A DNA stretch of 38,926 nucleotides from a virus. Lineage: Duplodnaviria > Caudoviricetes. A program made the translations under genes and the position numbers. Below the pieces are notes generated by a model, which was not told where the DNA came from, ran no database searches, and saw nothing but the letters and a program-made list of their open reading frames with translations. The stretch lies in the IMG/VR virus record IMGVR_UViG_3300031466_000009, positions 1-38,926 of that record; one strand, 5' to 3'. This document shows, piece after piece, positions 7,815-17,562 of this stretch; the stretch's first letter is position 1, and every line of letters starts with the position of its first letter.

Positions 7815-8537
7815 TCACTCCCGTTTCGGTAATTTCAGCACCTGGCCGACCTGCAGCCGCTTGAGGTCCGCATCAGTCAGGTTGTTCAGCCGCTGGATCT
7901 CGCGCCAACGTGACGAGTCGTTGAGCTCCTTGAGCGCGATCTTAATGAGCGTGTCGCCCGGCTGGATGGTGTACGTCTCTTTCGGCACGCGCGGGTCCCA
8001 GCGCTTCGGCGGGTCCTTGACGAGTTTCACGCTGCCGTCCGGCTGCTGGACGGGGCGCGCACGCCGTGGGGCGTAGAAGACGTATTCTTTAAGCTCGAGT
8101 CGGTAGAAAATGTCCCCCGGGCTGCCGGCTTCTTCCCAGCGCTTGAAGGAGACGATTTTCATAGGCAAGAAGATCTTGTACAGATCATTTTCAGCGTTTG
8201 CGCCGACATATGTGAAGCGGACTGGATAGCCGCTGTGCCACCACTTGTTGATATCGTTCACGTATGCGTTCGGGTCGGGTTGGTCTGTATCACGATTGAT
8301 GTGCTTGATTAGACCGCAGAACGGATATCTCTGTGCCGGGAAAAAGGACTCAAAACTGATTTTGGCGAGATCCGGTTTCTCGATCGGAGAAATCGGACCC
8401 TTTCCGACTATGCGGTAGTCATTCCCATCCTCATTCCGTTCAATTTCTACCTTTCCCGGCAGGACAGGAAACGGCCATCCTTCCTCGTTGTTATTCCAAC
8501 TGATCGCCATAGTGAATGGCGTCGTTTCAACCGCCAT
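7815..8537 (-). CDS. xkdP: XkdP-like tube initiator with C-terminal LysM domain
   Basis: FPVLP, ISFESFFP and GDIFY.LELKEY motifs; LysM YTIQPGDTLIKIA...LQVGQVLKLP. Confidence 0.9.
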   Translation of the reverse strand: MAVETTPFTMAISWNNNEEGWPFPVLPGKVEIERNEDGNDYRIVGKGPISPIEKPDLAKISFESFFPAQRYPFCGLIKHINRDTDQPDPNAYVNDINKWWHSGYPVRFTYVGANAENDLYKIFLPMKIVSFKRWEEAGSPGDIFYRLELKEYVFYAPRRARPVQQPDGSVKLVKDPPKRWDPRVPKETYTIQPGDTLIKIALKELNDSSRWREIQRLNNLTDADLKRLQVGQVLKLPKRE

Positions 8538-8560
8538 CACTTACCACCTCCGGCGCATAC

Positions 8561-8591
8561 AAAAAGCGCCCCATATCGGAGCGCCTTTTTT
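8561..8591. terminator. Bidirectional intrinsic terminator
   Basis: AAAAAGCGCCCC-ATATC-GGAGCGCCTTTTTT. Confidence 0.75.
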
Positions 8592-8592
8592 G

Positions 8593-9348
8593 CTATTCAA
8601 TGATGCCCTTGCTTTTCAAGTCTTCAATGCTGAAAAAGTAATTCCCATAATACTTGATAATTCGAACCCCATCAAACGAGAACTCCCCGTTTTTTGCGTC
8701 CTTCATTTCTTGTGCAACTGATATTGATCCGAGCACCCTTTCCTTCCAGAGTGCACCGGTCACGAAATTCCAAACATTCAGATCATCATCACTGGGCCTA
8801 ATATAAATGCTGTGGATCTCACGGAGCATTGCCTCTGAAATCCAGCCCTCGCTCATCAGTGGAGGCATGTCTTCACGACCGATAAACTGCGCCCACTGAT
8901 ACGACGGATCAGCCGAATCCGGATAACCCTTGTAACCCGGTTCTTCTTCCTCGACAAATTCGGTATCCGGCTTCAGGTAGTCATTCTTGCGGCCAGCCGG
9001 GCCGTCGGTTGCCGCCGGGCTGCCGGTCTGTCCGCCGCTGATGTCCTTCTCAACGACCGTGACTTCTTCTGTTGGCACCGACGCTCCGATCTCAACCCGT
9101 TTCAGCTGGTCGTTATACCGCACCGGCGCGCCCAGCAGCTCGCCGACCTTCGCGAGTGGCAGATACGTGCGGCCGTTGTATGCGAGGATCGGATATTCCG
9201 GATCAGAATATGTCTTCCCGTTAACAACGACCGGCTGCGTGTACTCGGTCGCAAGATACTGCTTCACCGCGGCGTATGCCGGCACGGCCAGCGTCGCCGC
9301 GGCGCCGATGATGATACCGAGTACAAGTCCGATCAAACCTTTTTTCAT
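8593..9348 (-). CDS. Secreted accessory protein with copper-amine-oxidase N-terminal (stalk)-like domain
   Basis: Signal peptide MKKGLIGLVLG...AYA; VVVNGK...YNGRTYLPL...LGAPVRYN motif; GGGAGG RBS; own promoter and terminator. Confidence 0.8.
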   Translation of the reverse strand: MKKGLIGLVLGIIIGAAATLAVPAYAAVKQYLATEYTQPVVVNGKTYSDPEYPILAYNGRTYLPLAKVGELLGAPVRYNDQLKRVEIGASVPTEEVTVVEKDISGGQTGSPAATDGPAGRKNDYLKPDTEFVEEEEPGYKGYPDSADPSYQWAQFIGREDMPPLMSEGWISEAMLREIHSIYIRPSDDDLNVWNFVTGALWKERVLGSISVAQEMKDAKNGEFSFDGVRIIKYYGNYFFSIEDLKSKGIIE

Positions 9349-9380
9349 AGGCAATCCCTCCCGATACTTGTATCGGTATA

Positions 9381-9406
9381 TACGCCGCGGATTTGAAGCA
9401 GTTGCG
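9381..9406 (-). promoter_or_regulatory. ECF sigma (SigM/V/W-like) promoter
   Basis: Minus strand CGCAAC-N16-CGTA directly after the tape-measure stop. Confidence 0.6.
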
Positions 9407-11560
9407 TCAAGCATACACTCCGCGCGCCGACGCTTCGAGTTCAGTCGTGGTGCGATCGACAATCCGCGCGATGACATCGTCGACGTCAACGGTCTGCGCG
9501 ATCGGACCGGTCGTGACCTGCACGGTCGGCGTGAGCGTGACGAAGTTCTGAATCGCCTTCATCTCGGCCAGGTCGCGCATCACCTTCAGGTCTTCGCTGG
9601 AGATATCGACGGTGTCGCGGATTTTTTTGACTTCGCCAACCGAATTGAGTTTCGGGTCCTGGAACCATTGTGAATAGTCATACCCGCCATATTGCTCTGC
9701 CGCCGCTGCCTCTTTCTCGGCCTCCTCGCGAGCACGTTTGGCGGCGCGATCCTCGAGAAAATCAAGCACCTTCTGCTCGCGTTCCGCGGCTTTCTGCGCA
9801 GCTTTCTCCTCCATTTGGCGGATCGCTTCTTCACCGGCTTGCCGGATGGCCTCTGCTTGGGCCGCAGCTGTTGCTGCAAACTCGACGTGTTGGATCGCTT
9901 CCAGTGACACGCCTTTAATACTATTCAATCGCTCGATCAGCCAGTTTATACGGTCGATCACGCCGTTGACGAGATCCTCCATAGTCTGCAGCACTTCGGC
10001 TCTAGCATTCCAAAACGCGGTCTGAATCCCGATCCCGACGCGCGCGAAGAAAATGGGGACCTGGTCAAACCAGTTCAGGATCTTATTCCACGCCCTGAGT
10101 AAGTTGGCCGCGAATTCGTCGTTGGTCTTCCACAATTTGACGATCCACACAACGATCGCAGTAATGAGGCCAATCAGCGCAGCGGCAGCCATGATGATTA
10201 ACCCGATTGGGTTGGCGGCAAGTGCGATATTGAGCGCCCATTGGGCGACCGTCCATGCACCGATGGCTGCGACAACGCCCCAGATGATCGGCTCGATGAC
10301 CGTCCAGTTGCTGCGCACGAATTCGCTCACCTTGCCGATGATATCCATGAGTTTAACGGCCATAACTGCCGCGTCAGCGATGGTACGGCCGAGGCTGCGC
10401 ATGCTGTTTTGCATGCTCGGATCGTTGAGCATCGCGCTGATGCGTTCGATCGCTGGACCAAATTCCTGCAGCATGGAGTTCTTGACCGAATTCCAGATAT
10501 CGCTGAATGTCCGCGGCATCTGGCCGAACTTGCGTTCGATCTCATCCGCCGCTGAGAACAGCGCCCCCTTGATAATGTCCGCTGTGATCGTGCCCTCAGC
10601 GGACATTTCCTTCAGCTCGCCCTTGCTCTTGCCTGTGAAGTCGGCAATGGCCTGCGCAAGCATTGGAGCGTTTTCCATGATCGAGCGGAATTCATCGCCC
10701 TGCAGCCGTCCGGCAGCCATCGCTTGCGTGAGCTGATACATGCCGGCCTGCTGCTCCATTGCGCTGGCGCCGCTGATCCGGAACGCCTTTTGCATCAGTT
10801 CAGTGAACGCGATGACTTCGTCGGTGCTGGAGAACGCTTCGGAAGCTAGCAGCCCCAGTTTGCCAACCGAGCCTGCCATGTCCGAATAGAGCCCGCGCGC
10901 ACGGTTTGCCGCGGCGAAGATCTTGTTTTGAAGCTCTTCAGTCGTTTGCAGACCGTCATTTACCAGATCCAAACGGGCTCGCGTGTTGACGTAGGCGTCG
11001 CTGATATTCGTAATCCCTCTCGTTCCTTGAATGGAGAGATACGTGGCCGCCGCTCGCTTGAGTGTGGAAACCAGTCCATCTGCAGAGCTTCGACTTTCGC
11101 GGAGACGCTGCAGGAAAGTTTGCTGATGCTTGCTTGCCTGCTGAATGGCGTTTGCGCTTTGCCGCAGCGCTTGGTTGTTTTGGGTGACGGCTACCCTGAT
11201 ATTGTGCATCCCGCGGCCGATACGCGTTACGCCTGCGTTGGTCTGCGTCAACAGTTGGTTCGTCCGCCCGATCCCGCTGTTGATCTGTCGGACCTCATGG
11301 GTCAGCTCGTCGAATTTCGCGACCATCGCCTGTCCAAGCATAATCAGCAGCCGGTTATTGCTGATCATCTGCTGCTGTCCTCTGATCGCCTTCGCCGGAA
11401 CGATGCTTTTTGTGGTCGCCGAAGCCGACGCCGCCGGCACCTGCATGGATTGGTTGACCCGTTCGGCTGTCGATATATATTTTTCCATCTGCCGGATGAT
11501 GCCGCCCAGCGGCCCGCTCATCGCGTCCATCATACGGATTGTCGATGACAGCGTCGTCAC
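9407..11560 (-). CDS. Tape measure protein
   Basis: QLTQAMAAGRLQGDEFRSIMENAP tape-measure domain, ANPIG hydrophobic segment; follows tail chaperones. Confidence 0.93.
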   Translation of the reverse strand: MTTLSSTIRMMDAMSGPLGGIIRQMEKYISTAERVNQSMQVPAASASATTKSIVPAKAIRGQQQMISNNRLLIMLGQAMVAKFDELTHEVRQINSGIGRTNQLLTQTNAGVTRIGRGMHNIRVAVTQNNQALRQSANAIQQASKHQQTFLQRLRESRSSADGLVSTLKRAAATYLSIQGTRGITNISDAYVNTRARLDLVNDGLQTTEELQNKIFAAANRARGLYSDMAGSVGKLGLLASEAFSSTDEVIAFTELMQKAFRISGASAMEQQAGMYQLTQAMAAGRLQGDEFRSIMENAPMLAQAIADFTGKSKGELKEMSAEGTITADIIKGALFSAADEIERKFGQMPRTFSDIWNSVKNSMLQEFGPAIERISAMLNDPSMQNSMRSLGRTIADAAVMAVKLMDIIGKVSEFVRSNWTVIEPIIWGVVAAIGAWTVAQWALNIALAANPIGLIIMAAAALIGLITAIVVWIVKLWKTNDEFAANLLRAWNKILNWFDQVPIFFARVGIGIQTAFWNARAEVLQTMEDLVNGVIDRINWLIERLNSIKGVSLEAIQHVEFAATAAAQAEAIRQAGEEAIRQMEEKAAQKAAEREQKVLDFLEDRAAKRAREEAEKEAAAAEQYGGYDYSQWFQDPKLNSVGEVKKIRDTVDISSEDLKVMRDLAEMKAIQNFVTLTPTVQVTTGPIAQTVDVDDVIARIVDRTTTELEASARGVYA

Positions 11561-11575
11561 GGCGTCAACCTCCTT

Positions 11576-11758
11576 TCATCGCTTCCTTGGCTTCTGCATC
11601 GCCCGTTTCTCCGCCGCGATCCGCTCGTCGATGCAGGCGATGACGAACGCCTTCTCTTCCCGCGGCAGATTCACGAACGTGCTCGGAAGCATGTGCAGTT
11701 TGTGGAGGGCGTAGTAAGCGTAATTCGCTTCACTATCGCCCTCCCGGATCAGTTTTTT
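11576..11758 (-). CDS. Tail assembly chaperone -1 frameshift extension (gpGT-like)
   Basis: A AAA AAC slippery heptamer before the xkdN stop; the -1 frame reads LIREGDSEANYAYYALHKLH...EKAFVIACID to TGA. Confidence 0.85.
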   Translation of the reverse strand, partial: KKLIREGDSEANYAYYALHKLHMLPSTFVNLPREEKAFVIACIDERIAAEKRAMQKPRKR

Positions 11759-12156
11759 GCCTCTTCCACGAGCTCGTCCATCTCAACGTCGAAGCCGCTG
11801 AGCTCCTGAATTTTCTGCGCAAGCGTCGCCACTTCGCCGGCAAGCAGCACCTTCTGGACGTAGTCCTCCGGCGTCTGACAGCCGAGCTTCTGGATGCTCG
11901 CAGCGTCCTTGAAATTCGGATTAATCGTATGATTGATGACGACCTTCAGATTGAACTTCTGCGCATCAAATTCAACCTTCCGGCCTTTCCGGATTTGCAT
12001 CGACGCTCGGCGGATCTCGTCGAACTCCGCGGACGTCATGGCCTTGATCTTGAACTTGAGCAGGTTGCCCTTCTCGTCTTTGAATCGCGACGAAACGATC
12101 ACTTCCTCGGTCAGATTATCGACCGGGTGACTGTTCAGAAACTCTTGCAGATTCAT
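11749..12156 (-). CDS. xkdN: Tail assembly chaperone, XkdN-like
   Basis: RFKDE.G, PNFKDA, LLAGE and ELSGF...EEAKN motifs. Confidence 0.9.
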   Translation of the reverse strand: MNLQEFLNSHPVDNLTEEVIVSSRFKDEKGNLLKFKIKAMTSAEFDEIRRASMQIRKGRKVEFDAQKFNLKVVINHTINPNFKDAASIQKLGCQTPEDYVQKVLLAGEVATLAQKIQELSGFDVEMDELVEEAKN

Positions 12157-12189
12157 CGTTCATTCCTCCTGAATAGAAGGGGCGCCCAA

Positions 12190-12654
12190 TCAGGCGCCCG
12201 TGATGGTATTGAATTGATCCAGCATGTCGACGTCGCTGAACGTGAATGGCAGCTCTTCTTCGAGCATGTCGTCGCTCGTCGCGTCGAACTGCGTGATGAC
12301 AATGCTGTCCAGGTTGCAGTTTCGCAGGACGATCGTCTGCTTGCCCGCACTGGACTGCGGGTCCTCGTTTACGACCTGGAGATCGAACCAGAAATCCCGG
12401 CCGGTTTTGGCGTACTCGATCATGAGGCGCCGGAAAACCGACGTCACATAGTAGATCGTCAGCGTGCCGCTGCCAGACCAACCTGCCGACCGCTGGGGTG
12501 TATTCGCCTTCCCGAGGATCGGCACGTCGATCTTGTTTTTCTCGAGCGTGGCCTCGAGAGACTTCGCGTAGAACAACTCTTCCCGCTGGCCGTTGATGGT
12601 GATGTACGCCCGGGCTTGTTTGCCGGAAATGGCGTCACTTTCGCGGAAAAACAC
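12190..12654 (-). CDS. xkdM: Tail tube protein
   Basis: DAISGKQA, GSGTLTIYYVTS.F, NEDP.S..GKQT and EEELPFTF motifs. Confidence 0.95.
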   Translation of the reverse strand: MFFRESDAISGKQARAYITINGQREELFYAKSLEATLEKNKIDVPILGKANTPQRSAGWSGSGTLTIYYVTSVFRRLMIEYAKTGRDFWFDLQVVNEDPQSSAGKQTIVLRNCNLDSIVITQFDATSDDMLEEELPFTFSDVDMLDQFNTITGA

Positions 12655-12667
12655 TCTGCCTCACCCC

Positions 12668-13990
12668 TTACCGGACCGTCACGGTCATGTAGATTTTCTC
12701 GATCGAATCGACCGGCTGAACCCATTGGTTCACGACGACGGCATCCGAGTCCGCGCCCGGCAGCACTTCGATGTCCGTCTGCGGGTCGAAGTTCTGCACC
12801 GCGCCGATGTTCTGGTACTGGTTCGTGATGTTGATGCACTCGGATTTGAACAGGTTGCGGCCGTCGTCGTTGTTCGGCACCTTGCCGATGTAGGACTGGC
12901 TAAACACGCGCAGATAGTCGTTGCCGAGACCGTCCAGCACACGCAGGACGCGGTTCTTTCTGAACGCCTTGCCCTTCTCCGGCGTGAAATTCTTCAGCGT
13001 GTTGATATCCTGCTCCACGACCGCCCGGCCGTCGATGCCCGTGAACACGAACTCGCCGTTTTGCAACGCAGCAACGATCTGGCTGTTCGTGTACCGCGGC
13101 GAAGCGTCCACGGCGTCGTCATAGGCGTCATAGGTCAGCGACTGATTGGCGGCGGCACCGGCCGTTGCCCCGGCCACCCATGCGACGGCCTGCGCGGCCG
13201 TGAGCGTCGTGCCGTCCGCCAGCACCACGCCGTTCTTCACGCTGATGACACCCTCGTAATCGGCCGTCGGATAGTTCTCCATCACGACCTGAATCTTCTT
13301 GCCTTCGTCGTCGCGCAGCCGTTTTGCGAATGCGGTAAAGACGCCCTTCGTCGTCGGGTCGGTCGACATCAGGCCGATCGTGTGGAAATCGTGCACCTCG
13401 ATCGCTTCGAGATAGTCGAGGTAGTCCTGCGCCGTCGCGGCGCCGTCCGCGCCACCGGTCAGCGCAATACCTGCAGATGCCGTCAGCATGCCGCTGCCCG
13501 ACCAAGTGACCCATCCGTTCTCCTCGAGGTCCTCGACATTCTGGACAGCCTCTTGGTAGTCGACTTCTGCGCCGTCGACCAGCGTCTGCACGTCAAACTT
13601 GTTCGGATCGTCCACATTCGTCGAAATGACGACGGTGATGTCGTTCCCTCGGATGCCGCCGTATTTGGCCGTGATGGTAAGGTTTGAACCGTCCGACCCC
13701 GTCGCCTTCGTGCCGTCCGTCAACCGATACAGCAGCAGCCGCTGCGCCCGTTTCATCGCCTCGCGGACCGGCAGCAGCTGCGGCGCCGTGATCGGATACC
13801 CGAGCGTTGCGAACGTGTCCTCTCCGGCCTCAATGGCAATCACCTGCTTTGCCGGCCCCCAGGAGAGCGGAAGCGGCAGGCTGACGATGCCGCGTTCGCC
13901 GAGCGTGCCGGCAGCCCGCGGCTCAGACTTGAAGTTGATGTAGACGCCGGGGCGCACCTTGTTCTGCGCCGTCCACGTACCTCCAGCCAT
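12668..13990 (-). CDS. xkdK: Tail sheath protein
   Basis: MAGGTW..QNKVRPGVYINF N-terminus; KNRVLRVLD and PVDSIEKIYMTV motifs. Confidence 0.97.
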   Translation of the reverse strand: MAGGTWTAQNKVRPGVYINFKSEPRAAGTLGERGIVSLPLPLSWGPAKQVIAIEAGEDTFATLGYPITAPQLLPVREAMKRAQRLLLYRLTDGTKATGSDGSNLTITAKYGGIRGNDITVVISTNVDDPNKFDVQTLVDGAEVDYQEAVQNVEDLEENGWVTWSGSGMLTASAGIALTGGADGAATAQDYLDYLEAIEVHDFHTIGLMSTDPTTKGVFTAFAKRLRDDEGKKIQVVMENYPTADYEGVISVKNGVVLADGTTLTAAQAVAWVAGATAGAAANQSLTYDAYDDAVDASPRYTNSQIVAALQNGEFVFTGIDGRAVVEQDINTLKNFTPEKGKAFRKNRVLRVLDGLGNDYLRVFSQSYIGKVPNNDDGRNLFKSECINITNQYQNIGAVQNFDPQTDIEVLPGADSDAVVVNQWVQPVDSIEKIYMTVTVR

Positions 13991-13991
13991 G

Positions 13992-14165
13992 TTACGTCAC
14001 CTTCCTCTTTGCGTAGTCCTCGATCAGCTTGTGGGCCTGATCGAGCGTGTACTGCTCGTCGTCCTTCAGGACGGCCCGCAGTACGTCTTTCTGGATCGGC
14101 GTGAAGTTCAGGGATCGGATAAGCTGCCGCTTGCTGAACTTCGGAGCCGCTTTGTCTTTGCTCAC
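13992..14165 (-). CDS. Small conserved pre-sheath protein
   Basis: FSK.QL..S...KDVL.A.L.DD..YT pattern; GGGAGGGAG RBS. Confidence 0.75.
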   Translation of the reverse strand: MSKDKAAPKFSKRQLIRSLNFTPIQKDVLRAVLKDDEQYTLDQAHKLIEDYAKRKVT

Positions 14166-14599
14166 TTGACTCCCTCCCGCACGTTGAGCGTCTGCATGGC
14201 CGGATCTTCCGGTTTCGGCGCCCAAACGTGAAAACTGTATGTTACGAAGAAATGCAGCACTTCATCGACAACCTGAAACCGCATGCCGGTCCCGTGAACC
14301 ACCCGGCCGACGACCGAAATCTGCTGAAGCGCTGCAGTCAGCCGGTCGGCCATGTCATACATGTCCGCGTTCTCGCGTCCCGGCGCGAAGTAGTGCACGT
14401 CAAACGGATGGACGCGCAGGTACCGACGGCCGAGTTCTCGGGTATGCGCCGGCTCCAGCAGCTTGACGAAGAAGTAGGGCGGCGCAAGATTCTGCGGGAT
14501 CGGCTCGCCGGATATTGGGATGTCCGGGAACGCGGCGTCGATTGCAGCGTTGACAGCGCGCCGGGCGTCGTTGATCGTGACAGGTTGCACGTTCACCAC
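14162..14599 (-). CDS. Tail terminator protein (XkdJ-like)
   Basis: FDVHYF and VDEVLHFFVTY motifs; position before sheath. Confidence 0.8.
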   Translation of the reverse strand: MVNVQPVTINDARRAVNAAIDAAFPDIPISGEPIPQNLAPPYFFVKLLEPAHTRELGRRYLRVHPFDVHYFAPGRENADMYDMADRLTAALQQISVVGRVVHGTGMRFQVVDEVLHFFVTYSFHVWAPKPEDPAMQTLNVREGVK

Positions 14600-15033
14600 C
14601 TCAGATATGTCTTCAACAAGTGATCGAGCCGCTTCTGGATGATGCGGGGGATGGCACGCTCGACCTCTTGCTCACTGAGCGTCAGCATGAATTTGCCCTC
14701 CGTCCAGTGGGTATCGACGTGCAGGGTAACCCCCAACTCCGGCACATACACACCACGGTGTCCGTATTCGACGTAAATCGCATATTCCACCGGGTTGATC
14801 ACTTCGATCTGCCAACCGCCTCTGACTTTCAGAATCTGGCTGATCGTCCACCCACGGCGAAGATCTCCACTGTCGACCGGTGTTCGCGGCACGACTTTCG
14901 CGAGCAGCAGGAGCGCAATCTCCTGCAAGCAGCCGTAGAAAAAAACCGAAGGCAGGTCTTTGCGCATGTCCTTCAGCTTTTTCTTCAGCTCCTTCATGTC
15001 GCCAAAGTCGAATTCGCCCCAGCGCCGACCCAT
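14593..15033 (-). CDS. HK97 gp10-family neck/tail completion protein
   Basis: RTPVDSGDLRRGW, NPVEYAIYVEYGH and G.FML motifs. Confidence 0.9.
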   Translation of the reverse strand: MGRRWGEFDFGDMKELKKKLKDMRKDLPSVFFYGCLQEIALLLLAKVVPRTPVDSGDLRRGWTISQILKVRGGWQIEVINPVEYAIYVEYGHRGVYVPELGVTLHVDTHWTEGKFMLTLSEQEVERAIPRIIQKRLDHLLKTYLRW

Positions 15034-15401
15034 CACGCCCACCCCTTGCGCTGCAGGCTGACCTCCTGATGAGTCGAATACACGAACGGCTCGCCGGCCG
15101 TGTAACGCCGCATCACGCCTCCCCGGGTGACTTCGATCGAGTCGCCCTGTCGTATCTCCAGTTCCGGCGCGATGAACAATTTCGTTTCGTACCGGATGTC
15201 ATTCTGCGCCTCAGTTTGACCATTCGTGCCCAGCGCACGTTGCGATATCCGACAAGGCCGGTCGACATGAACCGGCTGCAGAACCTGCTTCGTCTCCTTC
15301 GTGTCCGGGTCTTTCACGGCCTGATACCGGTAAATCGTACATCGGTCCGTGTACAATCGCTCAATCGCTCGACGATAGCGCGCAACGTTCACGCTCACCA
15401 C
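15033..15401 (-). CDS. Head-closure/head-tail adaptor
   Basis: PCRISQ, KLFIAPE..I..GD.IEVT and Y.THQEV motifs. Confidence 0.82.
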   Translation of the reverse strand: MVSVNVARYRRAIERLYTDRCTIYRYQAVKDPDTKETKQVLQPVHVDRPCRISQRALGTNGQTEAQNDIRYETKLFIAPELEIRQGDSIEVTRGGVMRRYTAGEPFVYSTHQEVSLQRKGWA

Positions 15402-15766
15402 CTCATTCGGCGATACCGGTTGAGGTCAATCCGGTAATTGAGCACGACCTGATCGATCACCGATTTGCTCGTGTTCGACAGTCCACCACCGGAGCCGCCG
15501 CTCGTCACCGATGTGTCGCCGATCTTCATAGACTCACCACCGCCGACCGTCGCCGCAATCTGCTCGTCATTCGGCTGATCGATCCGGAGCGCATCGACGA
15601 CCATCGACGCCCAGGTATGCTCCAGCTCGGCAGGAATATCCGTCATGTTCGTGTAATGTAGAATGCGCTGACCGATCTCCTGAACGTAGGAGTCGATCAG
15701 CGCATCATGCGAGTCATCCAGCCTCAGCCGGAGTTTGACCGTGGCGAGGACTTCACCCGCCGACAT
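15395..15766 (-). CDS. Head-tail connector (gp6/gp15-like)
   Basis: IL.Y.N..DIP.EL, GDTSVT and LNRYRRMRW motifs. Confidence 0.85.
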   Translation of the reverse strand: MSAGEVLATVKLRLRLDDSHDALIDSYVQEIGQRILHYTNMTDIPAELEHTWASMVVDALRIDQPNDEQIAATVGGGESMKIGDTSVTSGGSGGGLSNTSKSVIDQVVLNYRIDLNRYRRMRW

Positions 15767-15905
15767 CGCGGTCTCCGCCCTTCTTCCGTCGCTTCGTCTT
15801 TTCGGGCGCCTCTTCTTGCGGCTCAACCGAATCAGTTTGCAGTTGTACGGCCTTCGCCTTCACGGCCAACTCACGTCGCCTGCGTTGAAATCCTGTCAGA
15901 CTCAT
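15753..15905 (-). CDS. Unannotated 50-aa protein after capsid (MSLTGFQRRRRELAVKAK...)
   Basis: Hand translation; GAGGTGA RBS; fills the capsid-connector gap. Confidence 0.7.
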   Translation of the reverse strand: MSLTGFQRRRRELAVKAKAVQLQTDSVEPQEEAPEKTKRRKKGGDRDVGG

Positions 15906-15915
15906 CCAGATCACC

Positions 15916-16890
15916 TCACACGATTTTGAACACGTGCTTTACAATCCGGATCGCCTTCGGCTCATAGACGCGCTCCCAGTTAGCACCATTGGCCAGCTCC
16001 GAGTTTTCCGGGAACACGTCGGCGACCGACGCCTCAGTCCACTTCACGCCGCGCGGATGGAGGATGAAGATCCGGCGATTGATCAGGAAATCCTCACCGG
16101 ACGAAGCCAGCGAGTCGCGGTCGATCTCGGTTTCAATAATTCGCGGATGTGAACCGTTACCGAGGGCGATTGCACCTGCGCCAAACAGGTACATCGTGCC
16201 GGTCTTCGTGCTCGTATCATACGGCATGGCGTCATCCACAATGACGCGCTTGTTCATGAAGTACGGCACGCGGTCGGATTGATCTTTCTCCTGCACGTAC
16301 TCGATCAACTGTCGTTTGGCCAGATATGCCTCCACCGCGCTGTGCATCATAACGCCGGTCAGCAACCCTTTTGCATCACCGAGCAGTTGTGTCGCATCGA
16401 TGAAACTGTCGCCGTCGAGCAACGCATCGTCACCGGTTTCTCCTGAGATGTCCAACACATGACCGGACATGTTCGACGCTTTGAACACACCGTCAAGTGT
16501 CGCCAGGAGAATCTTCTGCATCTCGCGCGTCCAGTACGCGGCCACCAAATCCGCAATGGCACGCATCGGATCGTCACCGGAGAGCAGCGCGGACAGGCCG
16601 TTCGCGCCCCATGCTCGACCGCGGCCGTGCTTGCGGGCGACGTCTTTGTTCGATCCGATCTTGCCCGGCGTGAGCGCGCCGTCGTCTTTCATCGTCTCAG
16701 AGTCGCCGGTCAGGTCGTTCCAGAACGGCATGTTGACCAGCGTATTCGGCCCGCTGGCCAGCTGGTCGAATTCGGAAAGATTTTGAACGATGCCCGATTG
16801 GACCAGCGCCGAAAGCTCCATCGTGCGCTGGATCACGTACGGTTCGAATATTTCCGGTTGAATGACATCGCCAATACGAGTGATCGTCAC
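15916..16890 (-). CDS. Major capsid protein
   Basis: TRIGDVIQPEIF.PYV, NMPFWNDLTG and FILHPRGVKW motifs; follows scaffold. Confidence 0.95.
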   Translation of the reverse strand: MTITRIGDVIQPEIFEPYVIQRTMELSALVQSGIVQNLSEFDQLASGPNTLVNMPFWNDLTGDSETMKDDGALTPGKIGSNKDVARKHGRGRAWGANGLSALLSGDDPMRAIADLVAAYWTREMQKILLATLDGVFKASNMSGHVLDISGETGDDALLDGDSFIDATQLLGDAKGLLTGVMMHSAVEAYLAKRQLIEYVQEKDQSDRVPYFMNKRVIVDDAMPYDTSTKTGTMYLFGAGAIALGNGSHPRIIETEIDRDSLASSGEDFLINRRIFILHPRGVKWTEASVADVFPENSELANGANWERVYEPKAIRIVKHVFKIV

Positions 16891-16909
16891 TTTTCATCAC
16901 CTCATGGGA

Positions 16910-17554
16910 TTATTTCGCTGCAGCCATCAGCTGCTTGGCGAGTTCGGGATTCTCCCGAAGAATGCGACCTTGTTCGGTCAGGTTGAAATGCTCTCGCGAC
17001 CAGGGATTCTTCTGGCCGCCCCCGCCGCCTTTGTCCCCGCCTTCCGGCGGCTTGGCACCTTTGAATTTGGCACCGGAACCGTCTTTCTCGACGAACAAAA
17101 AAGCCTTGCTCTCGCGCAGGGCTTTGATTTGGTCGTCGAGGCCGGATTTGATGTTGCCGGCAGCATCAAGCTCAATCTTTGATTTGTCGACCAGTTGCAC
17201 GATGATGTCCGGGTCGTGCGCCTGACCAGCAACCGCCAGCTTGATGGCCGTCGTCACTGACATATCGCGCAGCTTGGCTTCGTACTGCTCGGTCGCGGCC
17301 TTGTTGGCTTTCTGAAGCTCTTCGATCTGCTTCCGCAGCTCCTCGTTGCCCTCAGCTGCCTTCTTCAGGTCGGCCAGCTGCCTGTCGCGCTCCTTCAGCG
17401 CTTCTTCGGCCTGCTTCCGGGCTTCGTTGGCTTCGTCGAACTTGGATTTGGGGATCCAATTCCCGTCCGACACGATGGCAATCTTGTGCTTGTCGCCGAG
17501 CTTCGATGTGACCTGATTGTACAGTTCCCCACCCAGCAGTTCTTTCAGATCCAC
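16910..17554 (-). CDS. Capsid scaffolding protein (Phage_GP20 family)
   Basis: G.WIPKSKFDE.N, coiled coil, GLDDQIK.L.ESK.FLF and NPWS.E.FNLTEQG motifs. Confidence 0.9.
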   Translation of the reverse strand: MDLKELLGGELYNQVTSKLGDKHKIAIVSDGNWIPKSKFDEANEARKQAEEALKERDRQLADLKKAAEGNEELRKQIEELQKANKAATEQYEAKLRDMSVTTAIKLAVAGQAHDPDIIVQLVDKSKIELDAAGNIKSGLDDQIKALRESKAFLFVEKDGSGAKFKGAKPPEGGDKGGGGGQKNPWSREHFNLTEQGRILRENPELAKQLMAAAK

Positions 17555-17562
17555 TTTCAACA

